The notes beneath the pieces are model-generated. The model had not been told where the DNA came from and searched no databases. It was given only the letters and a program-made list of their open reading frames with translations. The position numbers and the translations under genes were made by a program. A DNA stretch of 61,884 bases, the filler included, from Planctomycetota bacterium (GTDB lineage: Bacteria > Planctomycetota > Planctomycetia > JALXBF01): NCBI GenBank assembly GCA_026991575.1. It is 5 parts of 5 records of this genome, joined end to end, with 100 filler letters (N's around TTAATTAATTAA, not from the genome) between each part and the next. Parts side by side here need not be neighbours in the genome. Positions count along the whole stretch, not along the records: positions 17,619 to 34,871 come from JALXBF010000108.1; 4 more parts are not named here. The stretch is one strand, 5' to 3'. This document shows positions 17,830 through 26,593 of the stretch, one piece after another (position 1 is the first letter of the stretch; every line of letters begins with the position of its first letter).

Positions 17830-19362
17830 CTAGCGGCGTGTGTTGGCCGCGGCAGCATTGATCGCGGCGGCAAACCGCGCCAACAACGCCTCGCCCGACC
17901 TGCCTTCTAGCATCCGCCTCAGCCGATCCTGCTGCGTCACCAACTCAACCAGCGAACGCAACTCGCGGCTCGAGCGACCACGCCCTAACGCCTCCAATAA
18001 CAGGTAGCCGACCAGCCTAGCTCGCAAGTACTCCATGCCACCGGTCAACAACGTCCGCACGTCCTGCGGTGAGACCGGCAGCTCCTCGGCGGCCAGACTC
18101 TGCAAGGACAGCACGTAGTGTGAGCCGCGTGCTAACCGAGCGGCAAGCTTCAACGCCACGGCCCCCCGCAGCCATGCCGGACAACCCTCAAAGGCCCGCA
18201 TCATGTACGCGTCCGCAATCGCCTGCGCCACGGCTACCACCGCGTCCACCTGTTCCGTCTCGCTCGGCACGTACAACGCCGCATACGGCAGCTCGACCGC
18301 GGGCCGGAAGTGGCCGTAGACCAGCCCGGGCATCTCGCGCCGCTCCACCATCCGGGTGTGCTCCAGGTAGTAGTACCTGCTGTTGTACACGAACACGGTC
18401 AGCTTCCCGCGCCACAGCTCCGCCGACTTGCGCCGGAACCACGCCTGCAGCGCCCTCAGCGCCCCTTCAGCCTGCTTCAGGACCTGCCTCAACGTCCCCG
18501 GGGGAACGTTTCCGTATGCCCTGAAATGAGCTGACTCGGCCACAACCGGCTCCTGGCCGGGCACGGTCATCTGCCAGTAGCGGCGGGCGACCCGATCGTA
18601 GTAGTCTGCAAGCTCCGCAGCACTGAGCCCCGCCAGTTTGCGCCGCAGCCTCTCTTCCTCGGACGGTACCAACTCCGTCAGCGTCGTGTCCGGGCTGTAG
18701 TTTGGAGCTCCGTCAAAGCGGGCGCCCTCCTTGATCCAGGTCTCGAACAGCTTGACCAGGTCCGGGCGGAGAGCTCGGTTCGGCGGCATACGCGGTTCCT
18801 CCTTGCCCTGCAGCAGCAACACCAACAGGCTCTCCTCCGGTTTGCCAGGTACGATGTCATCACCACGATCACCTCCCTGGAGCAGCCTGTTGTACGTCTC
18901 CACGCTGAAGCCGCTGCGTGGTCTGTTGCCGCTGTGGCACCGCACGCAGTTACGCTGTAGTAGCGGTGCGATGTCACGCACAAAACTGACTGTGCCCCTC
19001 GGTGGCTTGGCCTCAGACGCTTCGGTCGACGGCGCTGTCCCCGCCCCTGCACCCAACTGCATGGCATAGCGTTCCCGCATTCGCTCGACGTAGCTCAGTG
19101 CAGCACGTGCCCGCCGCTTAAGTACCGGGCTGACCTTTTCGGCCGCCAACACATCACGGGCAAGCTTCTCGAGATGGTTCAGCGCTTCGGCGGCCACAGT
19201 GTACTGGCGCTTCTGCAGCGCGTGGGCTGCCTGCCGCTGCGCACGCTGCAACTCCGCTGCGCTTGGGGGTTTGTCCGCCAAGGCAGACGCGGAGCAGAAA
19301 TAGAGCAATGCACACGGGACGATGAGCGGCGCAGTCACTCGCAACATGGTAGCCAGGCGCAT
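17830..19362 (-). CDS. Secreted planctomycete cytochrome c domain protein with degenerate peptidase-like C-terminal domain
   Basis: Signal peptide; VSFVRDIAPLLQRNCVRCH...IVPGKPEESLL...MPP...WIKEGA; GGGAG before ATG 19362. Confidence 0.8.
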   Translation of the reverse strand: MRLATMLRVTAPLIVPCALLYFCSASALADKPPSAAELQRAQRQAAHALQKRQYTVAAEALNHLEKLARDVLAAEKVSPVLKRRARAALSYVERMRERYAMQLGAGAGTAPSTEASEAKPPRGTVSFVRDIAPLLQRNCVRCHSGNRPRSGFSVETYNRLLQGGDRGDDIVPGKPEESLLVLLLQGKEEPRMPPNRALRPDLVKLFETWIKEGARFDGAPNYSPDTTLTELVPSEEERLRRKLAGLSAAELADYYDRVARRYWQMTVPGQEPVVAESAHFRAYGNVPPGTLRQVLKQAEGALRALQAWFRRKSAELWRGKLTVFVYNSRYYYLEHTRMVERREMPGLVYGHFRPAVELPYAALYVPSETEQVDAVVAVAQAIADAYMMRAFEGCPAWLRGAVALKLAARLARGSHYVLSLQSLAAEELPVSPQDVRTLLTGGMEYLRARLVGYLLLEALGRGRSSRELRSLVELVTQQDRLRRMLEGRSGEALLARFAAAINAAAANTRR

Positions 19363-19524
19363 AATCACTCCCGCGACAAGACCGGGCAGGGGCTTCCGTA
19401 GAGCCACAACCCCGCAACGCACTTTGGGCAAGTTGATTGGCCTCCGCCGGTTGTGACAGCCTCCCGGCGCGACCGTGCCCTCGCCGGCGGAGAGCTTCGG
19501 GCCGGTCCAACGTCCGCGGCCTGC

Positions 19525-20880
19525 CTAGCCGACACCGGCGAAATGGCCTTTCAAGGGTAGTTCATCGCCCCAGCCGTCCGCAATACGGAGAAGTTCGTTG
19601 TACTTGGCCAAGCGTTCGGAGCGGGTCACCGAGCCGATTTTGATCTGACCGGCTCCGGTGCCTACGGCCAGGTGAGCGATCGTGATATCCTCGGTCTCGC
19701 CACTACGAGCCGACACGACGCAATGATAGCCCGCTTGGCGGGCGACGGCCATAACCTCCAGCGTCTCGCTCAACGTGCCCACCTGGTTCGGCTTGATCAG
19801 CACCGTATTGGCAATCCCCGCCTCGATCGCCTGCCGCAGCCGAGCCAGGTTCGTGACGAAGAGGTCGTCGCCAACGAGCTGCAGGGTCCGTCCGAAGCAC
19901 AGACTGGCTTTGCGCCACCCGTCCCAGTCGTCCTCCGCACAGACGTCTTCCAGAGACATGATCGGAAAATGCGAGGTCCAGGCTCGCAGGACCGACAGGA
20001 ATTCGTCGGCCGTTGCCGGGCCTCCCCCCAGCTCAGCGATCACATAGCCGCCGTCGCGGTAAAAGTGGCTTGCGGCCACGTCCAAAGCGAGCGCAACCTG
20101 GGCACCCGGTTCCAGACCGGCACGTTCGATTGCTTCGGTTACCAGTCCGAGCGCTTCATCGACCGTGTCCACGTTCGGCCCAAAGCCACCTTCGTCCGCG
20201 ACCAATGCCCACGTGAGCCCACGTTCGCGCAACAGTTCGCGGAGCCGACGGTAGATCCGCACCGCCCAGGACAGACACTCGCGGACGCTCCGAGCCGCCC
20301 ACGGCACGATCATGATGTCCTGTATTTCCATCTGTTGGCCTGCGTGCAGTCCCCCGGAGATCATGTTGATCATCGGCACTGGCAACACGGGCTCACCCCA
20401 CGACGGCGGCGCCTGGCCGTCTGTGTCTGGCGGTGTAGCACGCTGGCACGCAGCCTGCCACAGTTGGGCGATGTGCCGGAAAAGAGGGCAGCGCTGAGCC
20501 TGGGCAGCAGCATGGGCACAGGCAAGCGAAACGGGCAGGATGGCGTTTGCCCCGAGCCGCTGCTTATTGGGGGTTCCATCGAGCTCGCACAGAAGTCGGT
20601 CGATCGTGAACTGGTCGGTTACGTTCAGCCCTGCTAAAGCCGGCCCGATGACTTCGTGCACGGCCTGGACCGCAACCGTTACGCCGTCGCCGTCGAACCA
20701 GTCGCGGTCCCCATCCCGCCGCTCAACGGCCTCGTGCCGCCCGGTACTTGCACCGGATGGAGCAATCGCTCTGCCCCAGGCAGCTCCGTGCGTTGCCTGG
20801 CAGTGCACTTCGACCTCGACCGTGGGCCTGCCTCGGCTATCGAGCACTTCGCGCGCGTGGACGGTTTCGATGCGAGCCAT
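19525..20880 (-). CDS. eno: Enolase (divergent)
   Basis: AREVLDSRGRPTVEV, APSGASTG, DEGGF, VGDDLFVTN, LIKPNQVGT, QIKIGS, RSERLAKYN. Confidence 0.92.
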   Translation of the reverse strand: MARIETVHAREVLDSRGRPTVEVEVHCQATHGAAWGRAIAPSGASTGRHEAVERRDGDRDWFDGDGVTVAVQAVHEVIGPALAGLNVTDQFTIDRLLCELDGTPNKQRLGANAILPVSLACAHAAAQAQRCPLFRHIAQLWQAACQRATPPDTDGQAPPSWGEPVLPVPMINMISGGLHAGQQMEIQDIMIVPWAARSVRECLSWAVRIYRRLRELLRERGLTWALVADEGGFGPNVDTVDEALGLVTEAIERAGLEPGAQVALALDVAASHFYRDGGYVIAELGGGPATADEFLSVLRAWTSHFPIMSLEDVCAEDDWDGWRKASLCFGRTLQLVGDDLFVTNLARLRQAIEAGIANTVLIKPNQVGTLSETLEVMAVARQAGYHCVVSARSGETEDITIAHLAVGTGAGQIKIGSVTRSERLAKYNELLRIADGWGDELPLKGHFAGVG

Positions 20881-20891
20881 CGCGGCAACGC

Positions 20892-22217
20892 TCACAACTC
20901 TGCGGTGTAGACGGGCCGAGCGGTCGGCACGGGAAACTGCTGGCACAGCTCGTGGACTTCGCCGCGGACGCGCGTCAGCGTCGCTTCGTCGTCTGGCCTG
21001 GCCAGCACCTCACAGATCCACCGGCCGATCCGCTTCATTTCGTCGGCCTTCATGCCACGGGTGGTCACGGCAGGTGTGCCGATGCGAATGCCGGATGGGT
21101 CCAGCGGCTTGCGACTGTCGAAGGGGATCATGTTCTTGTTGACGGTGATGCCTGCCCGGTCCAGAGCTTGCTCGGCAATCTTGCCGGTCAGGCCGCGGGA
21201 GGTTACGTCGACGCACATCAAGTGATTGTCCGTGCCGCCGGTCACCAGGCGGAAGCCACCACGAGCAAGCTCCTCGGCTAGCGTGCGAGCGTTTTCGACC
21301 ACTTGACGCGCATAGTCGGCAAACTCCGGCTGGAGCGCCTCCCGGAAACAGACCGCTTTGGCCGCGATCACGTGCATCAGTGGCCCCCCCTGGCTGCCGG
21401 GGAACACGGCCGCATCCAGCCGGCGGGCCAGCCAGCGTGCCCGCTTCTCAGGGGCAAGCTCGGGAGCAAACACGTCCGCCAACTCATCCGCCAATGCCTT
21501 ACGGCAGAGCACAAAGCCGGCACGCGGCCCACGCAACGTCTTGTGCGTCGTCGAGCTCACAAAGTCAGCGTACGGCACCGGGCTCGGATGAACCCCGCCG
21601 GCGACCAGTCCGGCAAAATGGGCCATGTCCACAAGCAGGAGTGCCTTGACCGAACGGGCTATCTCCGCAAAGCGTGCGAAGTCGAGCACGCGGGGGTATG
21701 AGCTATGGCCTGCGACGATCAGCTTCGGCCGATGCTCGCGCGCCAGCCGGGCCAATTCGTCGTAATCGATCCGCTCGTCCTGCTGCGAAACGCCATACGA
21801 GACGACGTTGTACAGCTTGCCCGAAGCGTTGACCGGTGATCCGTGGCTGAGGTGTCCGCCGTGGGCTAGATTCATCGCAAGGATCGTGTCGCCCGGTTTG
21901 AGCACGGCGAGGTACACGGCCAGGTTAGCCTGCGTGCCCGAGTGTGGCTGCACGTTGGCGTGCTCGGCACCGAAGAGCTGCTTGGCCCGCTCGATCGCCA
22001 ACCGCTCCACTTGATCCACCCACTCGCAGCCCCCGTAGTATCGCCGCCCAGGGTAGCCTTCTGCGTACTTGTTCGTCAGCACGGAACCCATGGCCGCCAA
22101 GACCGCCGGGCTGGTGTAGTTCTCCGAGGCGATCAACTCGAGCGTGTCCCGTTGGCGGGTCGCCTCGCCGAGCATCGCCTGCCACAGTTCCGGGTCGAAC
22201 GATTCAAGCGGGTTCAT
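20892..22217 (-). CDS. glyA: Serine hydroxymethyltransferase
   Basis: [41 protein letters not shown]. Confidence 0.97.
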   Translation of the reverse strand: MNPLESFDPELWQAMLGEATRQRDTLELIASENYTSPAVLAAMGSVLTNKYAEGYPGRRYYGGCEWVDQVERLAIERAKQLFGAEHANVQPHSGTQANLAVYLAVLKPGDTILAMNLAHGGHLSHGSPVNASGKLYNVVSYGVSQQDERIDYDELARLAREHRPKLIVAGHSSYPRVLDFARFAEIARSVKALLLVDMAHFAGLVAGGVHPSPVPYADFVSSTTHKTLRGPRAGFVLCRKALADELADVFAPELAPEKRARWLARRLDAAVFPGSQGGPLMHVIAAKAVCFREALQPEFADYARQVVENARTLAEELARGGFRLVTGGTDNHLMCVDVTSRGLTGKIAEQALDRAGITVNKNMIPFDSRKPLDPSGIRIGTPAVTTRGMKADEMKRIGRWICEVLARPDDEATLTRVRGEVHELCQQFPVPTARPVYTAEL

Positions 22218-22377
22218 CAGCAACTCTCCACCTCTACTGGAAAGACGCCGTCTCTAAAGTCTAGATGACCGGGCAGGTACCGAACCGGCCACCAGGCCGG
22301 CCGCCCGCGCATGCATCAGGTCGTGACGCGGTAGAATCGCTAGGAGTTCTGCGTAACGATGCCGAGGAGGCAAGGCC

Positions 22378-22851
22378 ATGAGCGGTGCGGAAGCAGGCAG
22401 GCGGCCCAAGATCCTGATCGCCGACGATAATGTCCAGAACGTCGAGCTGCTGGAGGTCTATCTCGAGGAGCTGGACGCCGAGGTTGTCAAGGCGTACGAC
22501 GGCGAGGAGACCCTGGACGTAATCGAGAAGGAAAAACCCGACCTGGTGTTGCTCGACATCATGATGCCGAAGATCTCCGGCTACGAGATCTGCCGGAAGC
22601 TGAAAGAGAATCCCGCTACGCGCACGCTTCCGATCCTCATGGTCACCGCGTTGAACGAAAGCAGCGACGTGGAACGGGCCGTCCAAGCCGGCGCTGATGA
22701 CTTCGTCTCCAAGCCCATCCACAAGGACGATCTGCTCCATCGCGTGCGCGCGCTGCTGAAGATCCGCGACCGAGCCGACGACCTGGAACGGACTCTCGAG
22801 TACATCAGCGAAATCGACCGCCGCCCGGAAAACCCGGCCCAAGGCAGCTAG
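22378..22851 (+). CDS. Single-domain response regulator with C-terminal extension
   Basis: ILIADD, LLDIMMP, MVTA, FVSKP. Confidence 0.9.
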   Translation: MSGAEAGRRPKILIADDNVQNVELLEVYLEELDAEVVKAYDGEETLDVIEKEKPDLVLLDIMMPKISGYEICRKLKENPATRTLPILMVTALNESSDVERAVQAGADDFVSKPIHKDDLLHRVRALLKIRDRADDLERTLEYISEIDRRPENPAQGS

Positions 22852-22886
22852 CCTTACCGGCCATCCAACGCCGCGGGGACATTAGC

Positions 22887-24695
22887 ATGGATCTGGCAGG
22901 CACCGCGCTACGTCGGCCATTGCCGAGCCTGTCATACGTGCTGCTGATACCTTTGCTCTGGCTGACCACTTCGCTTGCCGCCGATTCGCCTGGGCGCGAG
23001 GCTCGGCCCAACATTCTCCTGATCGTCACTGATGACCAGGGCTGGGGCGACCTGAGCAGTCATGGGAACCCGTACGTGCAGACGCCAGTCCTGGACGGCC
23101 TTCGCCGTGCCGGCGCAACGCTCGAGCGGTTCTTTGTTCAGCCGGTCTGCGCTCCGACGCGAGCCGAACTGCTCACGGGACGCTACTACCTGCGAACCGG
23201 CGTCCACGGCGTCACCCGCGGCTATGAACGGATGCGGGCAAGCGAAGTGACGCTGGCCGAAGTGCTGCAGGCACACGGCTACGCCACCGGCTGCTTTGGC
23301 AAGTGGCACAACGGTGCCCAGTACCCGCATCACCCGAACGGGCAAGGGTTCGATGAATTCGTTGGTTTCTGCGGCGGGCACCTGAACAACTACTTCAGCC
23401 CGCTTCTGGAACACAACGGTGTACTCATTCGAGCCGACGGCTACGTTGCGGACGCACTTACCGATCACGCCATCGCCTTCATCCGCCAAAACCGTGACCG
23501 GCCCTTCTTCTGCTACCTGCCGTACAACACGCCACACAGCCCGTTCCAGGTGCCGGACCGCTTCTTCGGACGCTACCGTCAGCTCGGACTCGACCCAACC
23601 CTCGCTACCATTTACGCCATGTGCGCCAATCTTGATGCCAATATCGGGCGACTGTTGCAGACGCTGCGCGACCTTGGGCTGGAGCGGCGGACGCTGGTCA
23701 TCTTTCTCAGCGACAACGGACCCAACACGCGGCGGTACAACGGCGGCATGCTTGGCCGGAAGGGAAGCGTTGACGAGGGCGGGGTGCGTGTGCCCTGCTT
23801 CATGGCATGGCCCGGCGTGATTCGCCCGGGCACGATCGTCCGCAGGATTGCCTCTGCGATTGACGTCATGCCCACGGTCCTGGACTTTGCAGGCATTGAT
23901 CCTCCTGCCGGAGTACGACTTGACGGTCTCAGCTTGCGGCCTCTGCTGGAAGGAACCGCGCGGCACTGGCCCGACCGGTTCCTCTTCCAGCACTGGTCCG
24001 GCGCACGCGTCCGCCCAGATCGAGGTGCAGTACGGACGGAGCGCTACCGCGCCGTGTTTCGACGCGGTCGCTGGCAGCTGTACGACCTGGTGCAGGATCC
24101 GTCGCAGACCATCGATCTGGCCGAGACCAAGCCGGATCTGCTGCGCAGGCTGCGCGAGGCGTACCGCGAGTGGTTTCACGACGTGACAACGAAGGGGTTT
24201 GACCCGATTCCGGTGCACCTTGGCCATCCCGGATGGGACACGGTTCATCTGCCGGCGCATGAGGCAACGTTAGAGCCGGCCGGCAGAGGCATCCGATACG
24301 TCATGCGACAAGGGTGGGCGAACGACTGGATCGCGGAATGGACCGATACCAACGCCTATGCCTGGTGGCCGGTGCGAGTTGTCCGAGGCGGGACGTACGA
24401 GTTCGCGCTGCAGTACGCTTGCTCAGCCGACGACGTCGGAGCGAAGCTTGCAGTGCGTGTGGGCGAGAAAGAGATCACGGCGAGGTTAACGCGGCCATTT
24501 GAGGCCCGCCGTGTACCGAGTCCCGACCGCGTCCCGCGCAGGGAGGTGTATGAGCGCGTCTGGGGACAATGGACCGTCGGACAACTCCGCCTGGAACCAG
24601 GCACCTATCGGCTCGAGCTCCGTGCCTTGCATATTCCGGGCCGCAGCGTCGGTGAGATCAAGGCGGTGATCGTGCGTCGGGTCGAGCTCCCGTAG
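22887..24695 (+). CDS. Formylglycine-dependent (S1) arylsulfatase with C-terminal beta-sandwich domain
   Basis: Signal peptide, PNILLIVTDDQG, CAPTRAELLTG, GKWH, SDNG. Confidence 0.93.
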   Translation: MDLAGTALRRPLPSLSYVLLIPLLWLTTSLAADSPGREARPNILLIVTDDQGWGDLSSHGNPYVQTPVLDGLRRAGATLERFFVQPVCAPTRAELLTGRYYLRTGVHGVTRGYERMRASEVTLAEVLQAHGYATGCFGKWHNGAQYPHHPNGQGFDEFVGFCGGHLNNYFSPLLEHNGVLIRADGYVADALTDHAIAFIRQNRDRPFFCYLPYNTPHSPFQVPDRFFGRYRQLGLDPTLATIYAMCANLDANIGRLLQTLRDLGLERRTLVIFLSDNGPNTRRYNGGMLGRKGSVDEGGVRVPCFMAWPGVIRPGTIVRRIASAIDVMPTVLDFAGIDPPAGVRLDGLSLRPLLEGTARHWPDRFLFQHWSGARVRPDRGAVRTERYRAVFRRGRWQLYDLVQDPSQTIDLAETKPDLLRRLREAYREWFHDVTTKGFDPIPVHLGHPGWDTVHLPAHEATLEPAGRGIRYVMRQGWANDWIAEWTDTNAYAWWPVRVVRGGTYEFALQYACSADDVGAKLAVRVGEKEITARLTRPFEARRVPSPDRVPRREVYERVWGQWTVGQLRLEPGTYRLELRALHIPGRSVGEIKAVIVRRVELP

Positions 24696-25148
24696 ACGGT
24701 GGTACCCCCCCGGCTGGGTTAGCCTTTACGCCCGGTCCAGTCACCTGATTCTGGACTGTGTCCTGGTGACGCCCCGGAGACCCTGGCATGGTGCGCATCT
24801 CAGTACCGGCCGCATCCATCGGTCGGCTCTCGTCACAGCGCGCACTTCTTGTTGGGAGTCAGCTTGCGGGGTGGGGTTGGCCGAGCTGGCAGGCCGCCCC
24901 CCGAGAACTGAGCTCAGCGTGCCCGAGGAGCCCGCTGACCGCCGCTGTCCCGGCAGTGGCACGACGCTGACCGCGGCGCAGGTCCGACCCAAGTTCATTG
25001 AGGCGACGGACAGCGTCAGGCCGGCGGCATGGCCCGTGGATCGCACCACCGCGGCAGGAGAACGGCTGCAATGCTGCGGTCCTGTAGGTGGCCGCAAGAG
25101 CCCCCGGGCGGGTGCCGTCGAACTCGGCTTCACTTGAACGCGCGGCAC

Positions 25149-25991
25149 TTACCGTGGACCCGGTTCGGCTGAGGTGTTGCCGAAGCGCTCCAGCTGCTGT
25201 TGGAGTGCTCGGGGTGAAGGTGCGTTCTCGGGCAGACGCGGCGCGAATGGCCCCGTAAGCGGGGGTTCTTGGTGTTTCACTGCGGTCTTGCCCGCGACAT
25301 TGGTGCCGGACACGGGCCGGGCGCCCCGTGCCGTTGGCCCAAGCCCGAAGCGTACCTGCCAACCGCCCGGTTCAGGCGGTGGCACGCAGTCGAGGTTATG
25401 AACCAGGACGGACGGCTGTCCCCCAATGGCCAGATAGTACGTGTGTGCCACTTCGACCACCAGGTTGTAAACATCCACCCCTTCCGGCCGCTCGATTCGC
25501 TCGTTCAAGGTCACCACGTAAATTGCCCTGCCCGGTGCTTCCAGAATCGTTCCGGGTCGCAACTCAGCTGCCGGAACCCAGCGGTGTGCTTTTGTCCAGA
25601 ACGGGTGATCGTCCGTCGTGTAGATCTCCACACTTCGGTGCCCCCGCTCTGACTGCAGCTTCAGCCGGCGGAGATGCTGCACGCGACGTCGCGTGACCGC
25701 CTTGACGCGCGCTACGATCTCTCGTTCCTGCCGCGGGTCATAAGCAAGGACCCGGTCACCGGGAACCACTTGCTCGATCGGCTTGACCTTGATTGCCACC
25801 TTTGGCGCTGGCCGGTCCGGCTTAGGCTGCGCCCGTTGCCTCGGCGCGGTCCGACTCGTTAGCCCACGGATGACAAGAAACGCCAGGAGGATCACAAGGT
25901 AGACGCCCCACGGGGCGCTACCGTACCCACCACCCTCCGCCGGTTCCCACAGCCATCGCCACCAGCCAGGTCGCCTTCGTTTCGATCCCAT
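25149..25991 (-). CDS. Membrane-anchored protein carrying the C-terminal bulk of a polymorphic-toxin-type Hint domain plus an 81-aa tail
   Basis: GGAGA before ATG 25991; KRRR then TM WGVYLVILLAFLVI; PIEQVVPGDRVLAYD, TTDDHPFW, WVPAAELRPG, VYNLVVEVAHTYY, VLVHN; no block-A Cys. Confidence 0.8.
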   Translation of the reverse strand: MGSKRRRPGWWRWLWEPAEGGGYGSAPWGVYLVILLAFLVIRGLTSRTAPRQRAQPKPDRPAPKVAIKVKPIEQVVPGDRVLAYDPRQEREIVARVKAVTRRRVQHLRRLKLQSERGHRSVEIYTTDDHPFWTKAHRWVPAAELRPGTILEAPGRAIYVVTLNERIERPEGVDVYNLVVEVAHTYYLAIGGQPSVLVHNLDCVPPPEPGGWQVRFGLGPTARGARPVSGTNVAGKTAVKHQEPPLTGPFAPRLPENAPSPRALQQQLERFGNTSAEPGPR

Positions 25992-26593
25992 GCCATGATC
26001 TCCGCCGCGGTGTACCCATCGTGCCGGACAGTTGACTTTCCGCGTGAAGAAGGTCCGGGCCCCCCAGACCACCCGAGGGCCGATTCCCGCAACCAAGGCA
26101 CGCCTCGACATTGGGGGGCCTCGAACCAGTCCTGGGCTCATTCTCCAAGTGAACCTCCTCTTGGCGGTCACCACACCCTGTAGCGCATCGCGTGCCGAAA
26201 ACGTTGGGGACTCGTCCCCCGGGGCAATGGCCGTAACGTCCGTCTGGGAAACTGGTTGCGCGTCGGTGACACTCCCGGTCGTTGCTGCCACTTCCAAGCT
26301 ACGTACCCGGACCTGTCGCGCGACCGGACAACGCTGTCACTATGGCGGACAGCCGTCGTGCACTTCGAGCTTGCTCTCTGACGCGTTGAAGCATCACCCG
26401 CTGGTCCGTCTTCCGATGGCATACTCATCGAGGCACCACGCGTGGGGGGCTCGACCCGGGTAGCGACTCAATACGCGTGACCGTCCCGGGTCACACGCTT
26501 TCGGCCGATCAGCCGGAGCTGAGGCTCTGCCCGATCGGGGCAACAGGGCGTGTGGGCCGGTTGGGACTGTCGCCAATCGAGGGGGGATCTGGG

